Part shown: in pieces, positions 34,756 through 44,543 of the stretch | Layout: each line of letters begins with the position of its first letter | Position numbering within the stretch: the first letter of the stretch is position 1 | NCBI GenBank assembly: GCA_964366085.1 | Contig: CAYISM010000002.1 | Location: 1-60,468, forward strand | Direction: 5' to 3' | DNA length: 60,468 nt | From: an uncultured Gammaproteobacteria bacterium | GTDB taxonomy: Bacteria; Patescibacteriota; Microgenomatia; UBA8517 | The notes under the pieces: model-generated | Told to the model about the DNA's origin: nothing | The model's input: only the letters and a program-made list of their open reading frames with translations | Database searches by the model: none | Translations under genes and position numbers: made by a program

Positions 34756-34836
34756 GAACATTTCGTGAAGCGCCAAAAGCACCCTCTCCGCCCCGCCCCA
34801 TTTATTTACTCGGTCGTAGACTATAGCAATTTTCAT
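34756..34836 (-). pseudogene. Orphaned 5' end (27 codons) of a GT4 gene
   Basis: MKIAIVYDRVNKWGGAERVLLALHEMF compares with MKTALVYDRVNKWGGAERVLLALHEIF at 33365..33445. The two are 65/81 nt identical with a 30-nt identical core. Homology stops exactly at the element hairpin. Confidence 0.75.
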
Positions 34837-35989
34837 ATACCTCCAGCGTTTGCTCTGCCATTTTAGACCAGGAATAGGTTTTTACAAACTCGTTTGCATC
34901 TTCTATCCTTTTCGCGCGTTCCCCTTCAGGCATTGCAAACGTGTCCTCCAACACTTTCTGAATGGAAGAAAAATCGTAAGGGTTAAAATAAATTGCGTTC
35001 TTTTTATATATCTCGTTAAAAATAGGAATATCAGAAGCAAGTACTAAAGTTTTTGCCTTCATAGCTTCCAGGCCTTGAAGACCGAATCCTTCAGACAAAG
35101 AAGGATATAGAAAAGCAACTGAATTTTCATAAAGAACCCAAAGATCTTCATCTGCTACAAAACCCAAAAGCTTTACACAATCTTCTGCTTTTAACTCGTT
35201 GATAACTTTATCAAGCTTATTAACAAAAAAGTTTCTTGCCGAGGCAATCAAAAAGAAAACCTTTTTACTTCTATCTTTATTAAAAAAAGTAAAGGCCTCA
35301 ATTGCCCTCTTTAAATTTTTGTGTGGATATGCATTGCCTGCATATATAAAATAAGGTCTATCTATTCCATATTTTGTCAAAATTTCGCTTGCCCCGCGAA
35401 GCCCTGCCTTGCCGGCAGGCAGGTTTAGCGAAGTGGGGTTAACCCCCTCATAGGTAACCGTCACCTTCTTTTCATCCAAGAGATAAGTTGAGTTCGTTTT
35501 TCCGCCGTAAAAATCTGTCAATTCTTTTTTAATGGTGCAAGACGGAACAATTATTTTTAAAGAGTTCTTAACAGCAGAATCAAAAACAATTCTGTAACCA
35601 ATCCTTTTAACCAGATATAAAAGAGGATTAAGCGTAGTTGCCTCAAAACCCATTTGTTTGTGCATGAGGACGTCGTGAATGGTAACAACGTATGGTTTTT
35701 TATACAAAATCGGAACATTAAAATGCAAAAAATGCACGATGTCGGGATTTTCTGAAGATATTATTTTAGGAAGAGCGCTTTGTTCTAAAAAACTATAGTG
35801 TCTAAATTCCGTTAAAACTTTTTTCCAATTTTCAGGAAACTTTAATCGGTCAAAGTACTTTTTTCTCAGAAGAATAACATAATTATTGTCTCTATCTATC
35901 TTCGCCAGCTCTTTAATCAAGTTTAGACTGTAGCGTCCTAATCCTGCATTCTCTAATCCCCAAAGCCGGCCATCAATTAAAATTTTCAT
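34802..35989 (-). CDS. Glycosyltransferase family 4
   Basis: 395 aa with SEGFGLQGLEAMKAKTLVLASDIP. Confidence 0.88.
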   Translation of the reverse strand: MKILIDGRLWGLENAGLGRYSLNLIKELAKIDRDNNYVILLRKKYFDRLKFPENWKKVLTEFRHYSFLEQSALPKIISSENPDIVHFLHFNVPILYKKPYVVTIHDVLMHKQMGFEATTLNPLLYLVKRIGYRIVFDSAVKNSLKIIVPSCTIKKELTDFYGGKTNSTYLLDEKKVTVTYEGVNPTSLNLPAGKAGLRGASEILTKYGIDRPYFIYAGNAYPHKNLKRAIEAFTFFNKDRSKKVFFLIASARNFFVNKLDKVINELKAEDCVKLLGFVADEDLWVLYENSVAFLYPSLSEGFGLQGLEAMKAKTLVLASDIPIFNEIYKKNAIYFNPYDFSSIQKVLEDTFAMPEGERAKRIEDANEFVKTYSWSKMAEQTLEVYENCYSLRPSK

Positions 35990-35991
35990 TA

Positions 35992-36894
35992 TTAAGTTAA
36001 AAATGCTTTCACATATCTTAATCTCCTAAGGAAATTTATTCCCAAAACCACAAGCAAACTAACCATTAATGGATATTTGTTCCATAATCTTTTTTTATAA
36101 AAAATTTCCATTGAGTTTACTCCGGCTAAAACATATTTTAGTTTTTCTTCTTTGGTAACTTTCCCAAAACTATGATGCTTTTTGCCTTTTGTAGCTCCTT
36201 TAATGTGTTGAATTGAAACTTTTGGGTAATAAACTATTCTCCAACCTTTCTCCTTAATTTTCCAACAAAGATCAATATCCTCCCCGTCTAAAAAATAATC
36301 CTCATCAAACCAACCAACCTCGTCTAAAATATTTTTCCTTACCATAAAGAAAGCTCCTTGAAGAACGTCGACTTCACAAGTTTCGTCAGCTGATAAGTAA
36401 CCATACCAATACTTGGCAAACAACTTACTTTTTGGAAATACTCTATCTAGTCCGGAAAAGTGTGTAAAAGCCACCCAAGGTGTTGGAAAAGATCGTCTTG
36501 CGTCTTTGTCCAATTCACCGTTGAGAAGAACTATTTTACAGGTGAGTGCGCCAACTTTGGGCTCCCCCTCGATATAATCTATAGACTTTTCTAACGTTCC
36601 ATCCTGAACTACGGTATCCGAATTTAAAAAGAGAACGTATTTGCCTTCTGCTAACTTTTTAGCCCTATTGTTCCCCTTTGCAAATCCAATATTTTGATCT
36701 CCTTGAATAATTTTAACCAAAGGAAACTCACTCTTAATCATTTCAACACTACCGTCAGTTGATCCATTATCAGAAACAATTGTTTCAAAATCTACTTCTT
36801 TTTTTACTTTCTCAAGTGAAGTCAAACACTTTATAAGAAGATCTTTTGTGTTGTAATTAAGAATTATTATTGAAAGATCAGGATTTTTTTTCAT
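35992..36894 (-). CDS. Glycosyltransferase family 2
   Basis: Contains LSIIILNYNTKD, SDNGSTDGS and LNSDT. The ATG at 36894 is preferred over 36918. Confidence 0.88.
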   Translation of the reverse strand: MKKNPDLSIIILNYNTKDLLIKCLTSLEKVKKEVDFETIVSDNGSTDGSVEMIKSEFPLVKIIQGDQNIGFAKGNNRAKKLAEGKYVLFLNSDTVVQDGTLEKSIDYIEGEPKVGALTCKIVLLNGELDKDARRSFPTPWVAFTHFSGLDRVFPKSKLFAKYWYGYLSADETCEVDVLQGAFFMVRKNILDEVGWFDEDYFLDGEDIDLCWKIKEKGWRIVYYPKVSIQHIKGATKGKKHHSFGKVTKEEKLKYVLAGVNSMEIFYKKRLWNKYPLMVSLLVVLGINFLRRLRYVKAFLT

Positions 36895-38098
36895 TTCCAA
36901 CCTCTCTATAAATCTCATCTAATTCTAGTGATATCTTGTTCCAGTTATAACAGTCTTCAAACAATTTTCTTGCGGCTATAATCGTTCTTGAGTATTTTTC
37001 AGCATCTTCAATTAAGTTTATTGCAGCTTCTGCAATTTCGTCAGGATTATCTCTTATCCAAACTTCCTTTCCATCTTTAGCTTTTATTCCTTCTATTCCC
37101 ACCGAGGTAGTTACTACCGGAATTCCAGCCGCCATCGCACCCAGGATTTTTAGTCTGGTCCCACCCGGACCTGCAAGCGGAGAAACGAATACAGATGCTT
37201 TTTTATAAGCCTCTCTAACACCTTCAATATCAGAAGTTTCAAGTTCTTTTATCTCAACTCCGTTTCCCTCTAAATTTCCGATTTTACCCTTAACTCCTTG
37301 TCCTACAATCCAACATACTGCTTGAGGGATTTTAGCTTTTATCTTGGGAAAAATATCTTTAATCAAAACCTCTGCCGCTTCCGTGTTTTGAAGCCAATTA
37401 AAATTTCCCTGATAAAAAACGATGGGCTTAGTTCTATCCCTTTCTTTTTCTCTAATGTCCCAAAGATTTACCAAATCCTCTCCCGCACCATTGGGTACGA
37501 TTTCAACGTCTAAATCGTCAACCAATGAAAGCATTTTTGTCTTGTCGGCTTGTGAAACTGCGACAACTTTTTTTGCTTTTTGCCAAAATTTCGATTCCCA
37601 ATATTTTAACTTATATACATCAATGTAAAGAAGCGGCTTTAAAAGAAAAAAGCGAAAGGTATCAACAAAATGCTGATACACTTGATATTCAATTGTCTGT
37701 TCAACCAATAGAATTGGTATGTCAGTTTTTGGAATATGAGGCATTACATAAAAAGTTTCCGCGTGTATCAGGTCATATTTTTCTTGAGCCATCTCTTCCT
37801 TAACAGCTTTTCTCTCTTCAGGCACAAGATTTCTAATAACCAAAAATGGGTAGGGGCCAAAACCGGTTAAAAGAATGTTTCTAAGGGTCCAGGGAGTCTT
37901 GGGACGCTTAAAAACTGAAACTTTTTTGCAATATTTTTCTAGTTCCGGAATATTCTTTTTTTCAATATCATCTTTTATCAAAGAAAAAAGAGTAATATCG
38001 TGTTTTTTACCCAATTTTTTTATTAAGTTATACGATCTTACTTGCCCTCCAGAAGAAGGCGGATAAGGCAAATAAGGGGTGAGCATAAGAATTTTCAT
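36878..38098 (-). CDS. Glycosyltransferase family 4 (GT-B)
   Basis: 406 aa with GPGGTRLKILGAMAAGIPVVTTSVG. Confidence 0.85.
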   Translation of the reverse strand: MKILMLTPYLPYPPSSGGQVRSYNLIKKLGKKHDITLFSLIKDDIEKKNIPELEKYCKKVSVFKRPKTPWTLRNILLTGFGPYPFLVIRNLVPEERKAVKEEMAQEKYDLIHAETFYVMPHIPKTDIPILLVEQTIEYQVYQHFVDTFRFFLLKPLLYIDVYKLKYWESKFWQKAKKVVAVSQADKTKMLSLVDDLDVEIVPNGAGEDLVNLWDIREKERDRTKPIVFYQGNFNWLQNTEAAEVLIKDIFPKIKAKIPQAVCWIVGQGVKGKIGNLEGNGVEIKELETSDIEGVREAYKKASVFVSPLAGPGGTRLKILGAMAAGIPVVTTSVGIEGIKAKDGKEVWIRDNPDEIAEAAINLIEDAEKYSRTIIAARKLFEDCYNWNKISLELDEIYREVGNEKKS

Positions 38099-38143
38099 AT
38101 AATTAAAATTCTTGACTCTCGCCTAAGGCTCGAATAAGAATTT

Positions 38144-39595
38144 TCATTTCCCCCTTGCATTTTTCAGATCAACCACAACATAATTGTCAGTTTTTTCTAG
38201 AACTTTATATTTCTCCATTACATATTTCGTATCAGGATCGTTGAAGTTTACAGAAACATAAAAACTCGCGCCTTTAGCAATTACTTGGTCAAAAGATTCC
38301 TCGACAACCGGCCAACCGCGTCTTTCGGTTTGATAAAGAAAAGCGGTATCACCGTTATACGGTGCAATAACCAGCGCATCTTTGGGAGTAAGTCTGTCAA
38401 CGGCGGCCCCTGCTTCGATTATTTCGGGATGATTTATTTTATAAAACTCTTTAACTTGATAAGCACTTATCCCAAACATCATTAAAACCGAAAAAACAAG
38501 GATAACTTTTACTAGAGGTGACTTAAATTCTTTAGAGTTCCATAAGTTCAAAACTCCTTGTGCAAGAACAAGACAAACAGCAGGAATGATAAAAATTTGG
38601 TAATAATCATGGCGTACAGACGCCGTAGCGACAACCGTCATATAAAGAAGCATTCCGAGCAGAAAAAGTAAGTTAAAAGTGGCTGTCTTAAGAATCCCCA
38701 GCGTAAATGGTAAAATCCCCCAAATTCCCAAGATTAAATTCCCAAGTCTTTCTCCAAAAATCCATCTCCAAAATGCGGGACGGAAACGGATTTTATCTCC
38801 ATTAAACGCCCACTCGAAGTGAGGAATCCCTGCGGGAAACTGATTAACCCATATTCTCCAAAGAAAAAAGGGGGCAATTGCTATATCAAATGCTAAAACT
38901 AATTTAACATTCTGGAAAATCTTTTTAAATCCATATTTTTTAACCAACAAATAGAAAAGCGGCAACATATAAAAGAAGGTAAAGGGTTTAATAAGAAGTG
39001 ACAGGGCAAAAAATACCGCAGAAATATATAACTGCCAGTCTAATTCGGTATCAATAAATTTTATGAACAAGTACATCGAAATGAGGGCAAATGCGGTAGC
39101 GGCAGGTTCGGGAAGTATTACTCTTGAAAAATAAATGTTGTAAGGCAGAAACGCAAAGAAAAACGCAGACAAAATTCCACCCGCCCTTCCCATAAATTTT
39201 TTTCCAATTGCAAAAAGGCAAACGGTGGAAATTAATGAGAAAATAATCGAGAGCATTCTTCCCCAAATTTCCAGAGAAAGTTTTGGAAACGTCAATACCA
39301 AGAGAGCGTGAATTCCATTGTAAATCGGAAATTCTACCATTCTTAATCCTTTGGGGTTATAAATTCCGGTCTGAATACTTGATATGTCGTGATAGCGGGG
39401 CAGTAATAGATTTATGCCTTTCTCTACGTATATTCTTGTTACCGAGGCGGTGTCTGCCTGCCTCCAGGAATGCCAATCGGCAACGGGGCTCGTGATCTTA
39501 TATAAACGTACCAAGAAACCTAAAAGCAGTACCGTTCCCAAAAGAAAATAATCCAGATTTTTAATACGACCTAACTTTTTAAAAAAATTCATCAT
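38144..39595 (-). CDS. GT-C fold membrane glycosyltransferase (ArnT/PMT, GT39/83-like)
   Basis: 483 aa and polytopic, with WHSWRQADTASV in the N-terminal loop and a C-terminal soluble domain. Confidence 0.7.
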   Translation of the reverse strand: MMNFFKKLGRIKNLDYFLLGTVLLLGFLVRLYKITSPVADWHSWRQADTASVTRIYVEKGINLLLPRYHDISSIQTGIYNPKGLRMVEFPIYNGIHALLVLTFPKLSLEIWGRMLSIIFSLISTVCLFAIGKKFMGRAGGILSAFFFAFLPYNIYFSRVILPEPAATAFALISMYLFIKFIDTELDWQLYISAVFFALSLLIKPFTFFYMLPLFYLLVKKYGFKKIFQNVKLVLAFDIAIAPFFLWRIWVNQFPAGIPHFEWAFNGDKIRFRPAFWRWIFGERLGNLILGIWGILPFTLGILKTATFNLLFLLGMLLYMTVVATASVRHDYYQIFIIPAVCLVLAQGVLNLWNSKEFKSPLVKVILVFSVLMMFGISAYQVKEFYKINHPEIIEAGAAVDRLTPKDALVIAPYNGDTAFLYQTERRGWPVVEESFDQVIAKGASFYVSVNFNDPDTKYVMEKYKVLEKTDNYVVVDLKNARGK

Positions 39596-41009
39596 ATTTG
39601 ATTTTCACTATCGCTACGGCAAACCCAAGTAATAGCCAAAATGAAGTTGCAAATTTTGATGCCTCAAAAACATCTATAAATACTGCGTTTAGAAAAATTC
39701 CCGGGACGGCTCCGATTATTCCGGCAAGGTAAACGCTTCCTAAGTCCAGGTTTTGACTAAGTGGAAGAGCTTTCAAAAAAGCCTTGGCGATTCTTAAAAA
39801 TACTATAAAGAATGACAAAAAACCCAATATTCCCAACTCGCCAAGAAGCCTTAAATAGTGACTATCAGTTGCCAAAGTTATTGAAGAAAATCCGGTTCCT
39901 AGTAGGGGATTTTTAGAAAAGGCTCTTATCGCTCTCGGCCATTCAACATTCAGTCTAATCGAAGTCGACCTGTCTTCGAAAACCGGCGCTACCGAAACTT
40001 CTTCTTTATTTTTAGAGCTCTCTCTTCTTTTCGGCAAAGATGCCTCATCCGCGGCTTGAACTATATTAACAGACTTTATATACATAATCTTGTTGGTCTT
40101 CATAAAATCCTTTACCGTTACTTGAATAACGGTGGAATATCTACCCACCAAATCCGGTGAGAATAACATAATAACGATACTCACAATTATTACTATTGGT
40201 ATCGCCTTATATTTACGAATTAAAAATAAGGCTATCGAGACTCCAATAAAGTAAGAAACTACAGAAATTCTGGAAATCGCATTTATCAATAACCAAAATC
40301 CTGACGATATCACAAACAGGATAAGCACCTTTTTAACCTTTTCTTTTAAGGTAAAAAATAAAGAAAAAAGCACGGGAAAAACCAACACAAGATATGTTGC
40401 AAGGTCATAATGCCCGGCAAAGGTAGAAGGAATATGCGATCCGGGGGTATATCTTAAAGCAACACCTTTGGAATATTCGTTATTTTGAGTAGTAATTATC
40501 GGCCAATACAAATATTTTTGACCCATACCATAAATACCGGCAATAATAACAACTATCAAAACACACTTAAGATAAAAAGCCAAGTCTTTCTCGGTTTTTA
40601 CCGAAGCTACTCCGATAAAAAATGCGGTGAAGTATTCCAGCCTTCTTACCCAATGCAAAATTCCAATATGAAAGACAACGGTTTTAGTTAAAAAAACCGC
40701 AGAGAGAAGTGAAACTAATGATACAATTAAAAAAATAAAGATTCCCTGATTAATTTTACTTTTCAGAAAGCTGCCGGGATTTCTTAAGGTAATTAAAAAC
40801 CAGATAACAGCTACAATCAAAATTAGAAAATCCTCAATTCTTATGGATACATAAGTTCCGGGAACGTTTATAAATGGGAACTTTGGGTAAAGTGGAATCG
40901 CGATAAGAATCGCTGCCACGCCAAACTTTAGTGCCTTCTCGAGCGTCGAAGAAATCTTGTTGAGTTTCTCTTCAATGGATGTTTTAAACTTCTCTATAAG
41001 CTTTTGCAT
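39579..41009 (-). CDS. O-antigen ligase/polymerase-like (Wzy_C-type) membrane protein
   Basis: About 476 aa with at least 10 TM helices and a large loop between the late helices. The ATG at 41009 is preferred. Confidence 0.55.
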   Translation of the reverse strand: MQKLIEKFKTSIEEKLNKISSTLEKALKFGVAAILIAIPLYPKFPFINVPGTYVSIRIEDFLILIVAVIWFLITLRNPGSFLKSKINQGIFIFLIVSLVSLLSAVFLTKTVVFHIGILHWVRRLEYFTAFFIGVASVKTEKDLAFYLKCVLIVVIIAGIYGMGQKYLYWPIITTQNNEYSKGVALRYTPGSHIPSTFAGHYDLATYLVLVFPVLFSLFFTLKEKVKKVLILFVISSGFWLLINAISRISVVSYFIGVSIALFLIRKYKAIPIVIIVSIVIMLFSPDLVGRYSTVIQVTVKDFMKTNKIMYIKSVNIVQAADEASLPKRRESSKNKEEVSVAPVFEDRSTSIRLNVEWPRAIRAFSKNPLLGTGFSSITLATDSHYLRLLGELGILGFLSFFIVFLRIAKAFLKALPLSQNLDLGSVYLAGIIGAVPGIFLNAVFIDVFEASKFATSFWLLLGFAVAIVKIKYDEFF

Positions 41010-41901
41010 AAATCGATGCTGTGTCCTTTCCTTCAAGTATACCGAAAAGAACAATTCTACCCAAAGCTCCCAGTTTTAGAAGAAAACGAAGGATAGGGTA
41101 TTGCCAAGAAGGGAAATGCTTTTTGTAAAAAAGTTTTACTCCGTTATATTCGGCGAGAAGTGGAAATTCACTTGTTGAACTTTTGCCCCCATAATGGATA
41201 ATACTCCAGCCGGGCAAGTACCAAACTTCCCAACCGGCTTTTTTTATTCGATAGCAAAGATCAACCTCTTCCATATACATAAAATACTCTTCATCCCAAC
41301 CTCCAACCTCATCAATAACTTCTTTTCTGGCCAACAAAAACGCGCCCGTTACCCAATCCAACTCCTTTTCTCTCAGATAAAAACTTTCGCCTTTACCGAA
41401 AAACGACTTACCATGAAACGGGTGAAACGGCTTAATCAAAAAGTCTACGCCCGGAATATCCTGAATAGTCATCCAAGAAAAAACTCGGATAAGCGTCGGG
41501 AAATACCCTCCGGTACCTTGAAGAGATCCGTCCTTGCCTTTAAGCATGCAGGAGGCAGCCCCAACCTTTTGATTTTTGTCCATCCAATTAACCATTTCAG
41601 AAAGCGTGTTATCTAAAATCAAGGTGTCTGAATTTAAATACAAAACATACTTTCCACCGGCTACTTTTGTGCCTTGATTGTTACCGTTAGCAAAACCTAA
41701 ATTAGTTCTATTCTCTATCAACCGGAGATTTGGAATAGTGGGAAGTTTTTTGATCGCTTCTTGGGATCCATCCTTCGAACCGTTATCTACAACTATAATC
41801 TCATATTTAATCCCCTTCGTGTTTTTTTCCACAGATTTAATGCATTTTTCTAAAAAATCTTTTGTATTAAAACTGACAATAATTATGGAAAGATTTACCA
41901 T
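40984..41901 (-). CDS. Glycosyltransferase family 2
   Basis: Contains LSIIIVSFNTKD, VDNGSKDGS and LNSDT. Confidence 0.88.
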   Translation of the reverse strand: MVNLSIIIVSFNTKDFLEKCIKSVEKNTKGIKYEIIVVDNGSKDGSQEAIKKLPTIPNLRLIENRTNLGFANGNNQGTKVAGGKYVLYLNSDTLILDNTLSEMVNWMDKNQKVGAASCMLKGKDGSLQGTGGYFPTLIRVFSWMTIQDIPGVDFLIKPFHPFHGKSFFGKGESFYLREKELDWVTGAFLLARKEVIDEVGGWDEEYFMYMEEVDLCYRIKKAGWEVWYLPGWSIIHYGGKSSTSEFPLLAEYNGVKLFYKKHFPSWQYPILRFLLKLGALGRIVLFGILEGKDTASIYAKAYREV

Positions 41902-42428
41902 TTTTTCTTAAGTGAAGAAATAAATTGTATTATTACGAAATATCCCAAAACTAGCGCAGCAGCTCCTATGGTTAACCGTACCATAACATTGGAAGGATAG
42001 ATTTTAACCGTTAATTTTTGAAGATAATGATTTCCTCTGTACCAAATTTCATCTTTTGCAACTTTTGGTTCAAATCCATTTACGAAAAATGATTCCCTGA
42101 AGGGATGCACAATTTCTTCCAAGGAAGTACTTCTTGTTTGGTCTCTGATTAACGTTTGGGCATCCTCGGGCGGATAATTTAGTCTATACGTGGGAAGAGG
42201 GATACTTAAAAAGCTTGAAGCCCCAAATTCTTTAACATAGTGTTTCATTACCTCCGCCCTTGTAAAATTTGTAAAGTAAGCTCTCTTAAGCGGGATCTCC
42301 GTATCCGCTTCTTCCTGGGACTGAACCGAATCAGAAGGGGGAGATGGAAATTCCGGAGCAGGAATTGCCAAATAAATAAAAAAAATGAATGAAAAAGCTA
42401 TGTAGAGAATTCGAAGAAAATTCTTCAT
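41895..42428 (-). CDS. Hypothetical bitopic membrane protein
   Basis: 177 aa with N- and C-terminal TM helices. Start and stop overlap the neighbouring genes. Confidence 0.65.
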   Translation of the reverse strand: MKNFLRILYIAFSFIFFIYLAIPAPEFPSPPSDSVQSQEEADTEIPLKRAYFTNFTRAEVMKHYVKEFGASSFLSIPLPTYRLNYPPEDAQTLIRDQTRSTSLEEIVHPFRESFFVNGFEPKVAKDEIWYRGNHYLQKLTVKIYPSNVMVRLTIGAAALVLGYFVIIQFISSLKKKW

Positions 42429-43066
42429 TGGAAAAGTCTGGCCCGACCGAGATGATATTTGGGACTTTTGTTTTTCCTTTCTCCTATAACTTTTGCCGGC
42501 ACACCCCCCACCAAGGTGAATGAAGGAATATCTGATGCAACAACCGCTCCGGCCGCAACTACCGCTCCTTTTCCAATTTTCACTCCCGGAAGGATAATTG
42601 CGCGCGGTCCGATGAAAACATAGTCTTCTATTTCAACCGGTTCCTCGGTTGCATGAAAATCTTCCGCTTCCAGATCGTGCTCGGAGTTATAAATCATAAC
42701 TTCTGAAGATATATCAACATGACTACCAATTGTTAAATCCGCACGGCCATCAAGAAAGGCTCTGTCGCCAATAATTGTATCCTCGCCGATTCGAACTTTT
42801 GAGGGGTTGAAGAATTTGCATCCCATATGAATGGTAGTCCCTTTTCCGATTTTTACTCCGGCCAATTGAAAAACAATTTTTCTTATAAAATAAAAGGGAA
42901 CGTGGAGACTGATAAGATGTATGACGAAAAGTTCAAAATCCTGGAGCCAGTTTTTAACTCTAATAAAAGCTTTTCTAAAGGCAATAGAAACTGTAAGTGG
43001 ATTTCCATTTTTATCGGTAAATAAAATTCCCTTACTATTTATGTGTATATTTTCTCCGTAAATCAT
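42425..43066 (-). CDS. Hexapeptide-repeat (LbH) acyl/acetyltransferase
   Basis: Left-handed beta-helix repeats: IGEDTIIGDRAFL..., IGPRAIILPGVKIGKGAVVAAGAVV. Confidence 0.82.
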   Translation of the reverse strand: MIYGENIHINSKGILFTDKNGNPLTVSIAFRKAFIRVKNWLQDFELFVIHLISLHVPFYFIRKIVFQLAGVKIGKGTTIHMGCKFFNPSKVRIGEDTIIGDRAFLDGRADLTIGSHVDISSEVMIYNSEHDLEAEDFHATEEPVEIEDYVFIGPRAIILPGVKIGKGAVVAAGAVVASDIPSFTLVGGVPAKVIGERKNKSPKYHLGRARLFQ

Positions 43067-44175
43067 TTAAATAATATTTCTAAAGTTTGCCTTGCAGTTT
43101 TTTCCCAAGAAAAATTCTTTACCCGGGATAATCCTTTTGCCACAAGCTTATTATATTCTATTTTATTCATTGAAAGAACTTTTGATAAGGCCTCCTTAAT
43201 ACTTTCAATTTTATAAGGGTCAACTAAAATTGCCGCATTTGCCACTACCTCTGGTAAAGATCCTACCCTAGAGACCACAACAGGAATACCACAAGCCATC
43301 GCATTTAAAGCGTCAAGTCCAAAGCCTTCCCAAAAAGACGGCAGGATAAACACCTTAGCACCTGAAATTAATGGCCCTTTATCTTTTTCTGCCACATAAT
43401 CTGTAAAGATAACCCTATTTTCTAATTCCAGTTCTTTTACCAATTCAAAAATTGAGGAGTAAAGCCATCCCTTTTTCCCCGCAATAACGAGCTTATTGCT
43501 TGCGGAAATTGAGGCAAAGGCCTTAATGAGCCCTTCGACGTTTTTACTTGGCTTTAAGGCACTAAGAAAAAGAATGTAGTCTCCTACTATAGTATACTTT
43601 TGCCTAACACGTCGCACATCCTCTTTATTAATCTTAGTATTAAAGCGTTTCTCATCATAACCAAGATGCGTAACATGAACTTTCCCGGCCGCAAAGGGGT
43701 AATGTCGCACAATGTCTTGTTTTGTACTATTTGATATTGCTATGACCGCTTTTGATACTAGTATTGACCAAGCACTCCAGAGCTTTAACTGCCAATAGTC
43801 TGTTTTTCTAAATTGTTCCGAAAATTCGAGGTAACCAAGGTCCATAATTGAGCATATACGAGGCATCGGGGCAAAAGGGGGAACATAGTGAGAGGGTGTA
43901 AAGAAAACATGCGGCCTTGTGGTTCCTCTAAATAGAGCCGGCATAAGCTTTGTTATTATCCAAAGGCCTTTGGCCGGAATCACATTGTACTTGAAACTCT
44001 CGGTCTCAGCCGGCATGTCCCTAAGGGGAGGGTTTTTAAGATAAACTATAAGCTTATGCCTACTTGACCACTCTTTTTGAAGCCGCCAAATAGATCTTAA
44101 TAGCTCAAAAGCATACACGTTAACACCGACTCTGTTTTCAACGTTCGCCTCATTCCCATCAATCCCGATAAGCAT
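43063..44175 (-). CDS. Glycosyltransferase family 4
   Basis: 370 aa with WEGFGLDALNAMACGIPVVVSRVGSLPEV. Confidence 0.88.
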   Translation of the reverse strand: MLIGIDGNEANVENRVGVNVYAFELLRSIWRLQKEWSSRHKLIVYLKNPPLRDMPAETESFKYNVIPAKGLWIITKLMPALFRGTTRPHVFFTPSHYVPPFAPMPRICSIMDLGYLEFSEQFRKTDYWQLKLWSAWSILVSKAVIAISNSTKQDIVRHYPFAAGKVHVTHLGYDEKRFNTKINKEDVRRVRQKYTIVGDYILFLSALKPSKNVEGLIKAFASISASNKLVIAGKKGWLYSSIFELVKELELENRVIFTDYVAEKDKGPLISGAKVFILPSFWEGFGLDALNAMACGIPVVVSRVGSLPEVVANAAILVDPYKIESIKEALSKVLSMNKIEYNKLVAKGLSRVKNFSWEKTARQTLEILFK

Positions 44176-44223
44176 ACCTCAATTGTACTAAAACAGAAGT
44201 ATAATAGGAAATCAGTTAAGAAA

Positions 44224-44543
44224 ATGAAAATAATTACTTTTAATGTAAACGGAATTAGATCAGCGTATCGGAAAGGTCTTGAAAGCTGGGTGAAAAAAGA
44301 AAATCCAGATATTCTTTGTCTACAGGAAACTAAAGCTAGTGAAATTAATAATACCTCTTCATTATTCGAGACAAACTTACATGATATATATCATGTAAGT
44401 TTTAATCCTGCCTTGAAAAGAGGATATAGTGGCGTAGCCATCTACTCAAAAGAAAGGCCAATTAGACAAAGCAAAATCTTGGTTTTGACCGATTTAACAA
44501 AGAAGGAAGAATTCACACTTTGGAAGAGACTACTTCTTTGTAA
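44224..44543 (+). pseudogene. xth: Exodeoxyribonuclease III remnant (frameshifted and 3'-truncated)
   Basis: Begins MKIITFNVNGIRSAYRKGLESWVKKENPDILCLQETK...KRGYSGVAIYSKERP. After the A4 run at 44473..44476 the homology continues in the +1 frame (NLGFDRFNKEGRIHTLEE) and ends near 44528, where the minus-strand GT4 gene ends. The rest of the 172-aa track ORF is antisense to that gene. Confidence 0.75.

Noticed and set aside
34636-34836. 66-aa ORF taken as a real gene
   Set aside because: It is a chimera. It consists of 27 codons of an orphaned GT4 5' end that run on, after the element hairpin, into the antisense of the transposase 3' end.
36881-36891. Homopolymer A/T8 tracts at gene starts (36884..36891, about 51113..51127) as phase-variation switches
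   Set aside because: Runs of 8 A/T are expected in a genome of about 36% GC and encode Lys-rich N-termini. Nothing distinguishes them from background.
38085-38147. 14-nt direct repeat ATAAGAATTTTCAT at the GT4 start and 46 nt upstream (possible duplicated gene start, MKILIRALGESQEF)
   Set aside because: It is short and AT-rich, and it corresponds to the very common MKIL start of GT genes. The second copy overlaps the stop of the upstream gene. It is probably trivial or an old junction remnant.
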